A stretch of 60,631 bases of DNA, the filler included, from Hausera hauseri (lineage: Eukaryota): assembly GCA_046269625.1 (NCBI GenBank). It is 9 parts of 9 records of this genome, joined end to end, with 100 filler letters (N's around TTAATTAATTAA, not from the genome) between each part and the next. Parts side by side here need not be neighbours in the genome. Positions count along the whole stretch, not along the records: positions 54,446 to 60,631 come from JBJURY010127873.1; 8 more parts are not named here. One strand, written 5' to 3'. How positions within the stretch are numbered: position 1 is the stretch's first letter; each line of letters opens with the position of its first letter. Below the pieces are notes generated by a model. It ran no database searches and was not told where the DNA came from. It saw only the letters and a list, made by a program, of their open reading frames with translations. The translations under genes were made by a program, and so were the position numbers. Shown piece by piece: positions 59,862 to 60,631 of this stretch.

Positions 59862-60631
59862 TCATGCCAAACTCGTGGCTCGATTTAGTTCATTTTCTCG
59901 ATTAGGATTTGTCTTAATTGCCAAGTACAATAATATTTTTCTAAGCTCTTCTATCGTATTCTCCACCATGATTTTCTCGACTATTGCGTCGTCAGTTAGG
60001 CTATTTTTTGAAAGTTTAAAACGCGAAATTTTCATTGTTCGGGCTGCGTTAAATACTGCCTTTTCTTTCTCGTCTAATGTATCTCCGCGGAGACTCGAAT
60101 AATTAAAAATATGTATTAAATTTTTCATTAACTCGCTTAATTCTTCATTATCTGTAATGAGAGTAGGAATCGACATTTGTCTCAATTCTCTAATCAGTTC
60201 TCCATTATAGTCAATTTCTTCTCGGGGTTTCCTAGGCCTGCCGACTGGGCGTTTTGGTCTCGGAGTCTTGGCTGGCATTTCACTTAGCGGTACTAGATTC
60301 TTGTCGTATTGTTTCTTGTCCTCATCCGTCTGTAAATATTGGAAGTACATCACTGCATCTCGTACTCCCATGACTTGTCCTACACAATGGTCCGTTTTAG
60401 CTTTACGCGTGGCTTCTTCCTTTGTCTGTTCATTGGCTATTATTACTACAATCCGATCTATTTCGCCCGGTACGATTCCGACGTCTATTAGTTTTTCTAA
60501 ATCGTCGAGTATTTTTCCTCTAAAGTAAAATCTGTAATTTAGCTCATTTGTTCCGCCATTGTTTAGTAACCATTCTCTTACGTCCTTAACGTAGGAATGA
60601 GTAGTTAACTCACATTCTTTTTCGTCCACCC
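59862..60631 (-). CDS. Accessory protein with ubiquitin-like domain and AT-hook (5' partial)
   Basis: VKDVREWL...YRFYFRGKILDD..KL.DVGI..G...IVV resembles the Ubl core without a di-Gly. KRPVGRPRK is an AT-hook. Confidence 0.65.
   Translation of the reverse strand, partial: VDEKECELTTHSYVKDVREWLLNNGGTNELNYRFYFRGKILDDLEKLIDVGIVPGEIDRIVVIIANEQTKEEATRKAKTDHCVGQVMGVRDAVMYFQYLQTDEDKKQYDKNLVPLSEMPAKTPRPKRPVGRPRKPREEIDYNGELIRELRQMSIPTLITDNEELSELMKNLIHIFNYSSLRGDTLDEKEKAVFNAARTMKISRFKLSKNSLTDDAIVEKIMVENTIEELRKILLYLAIKTNPNRENELNRATSLA

Overview
This window is not one continuous locus. It is nine contigs joined by artificial 100-bp linkers (N44-TTAATTAATTAA-N44), almost certainly from an AT-rich invertebrate genome, and it consists mostly of decayed endogenous viral and retrotransposon sequence. 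(1) Family A is a CsRn1/Boudicca-like Ty3/Gypsy family seen on three contigs. Its Gag is preceded by a ubiquitin-like domain ending RIRGG-M, and further upstream by copy-specific cargo. In one copy that cargo resembles the CCCH+Tudor segment of the piRNA factor TDRD12. (2) Family B is a very large Ty3/Gypsy family seen on two contigs (at least ~16 kb if the two are combined). It carries a chuvirus-type glycoprotein placed upstream of pol, a Ubl/AT-hook protein, an FN3-like type I membrane protein, a DEDDh-exonuclease-like domain and a RING finger, plus a clean 822-bp LTR with PPT and tRNA-Arg-type PBS. (3) A GC-richer Maverick/Polinton has open capsid and packaging-ATPase ORFs but broken integrase and pPolB. 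A second, different pPolB relic lies on another contig. (4) The rest is an ankyrin-repeat ORF, further LTR/PBS/RING remnants and short tandem repeats. All family assignments come from motif recognition by eye and need HMM or structure confirmation.
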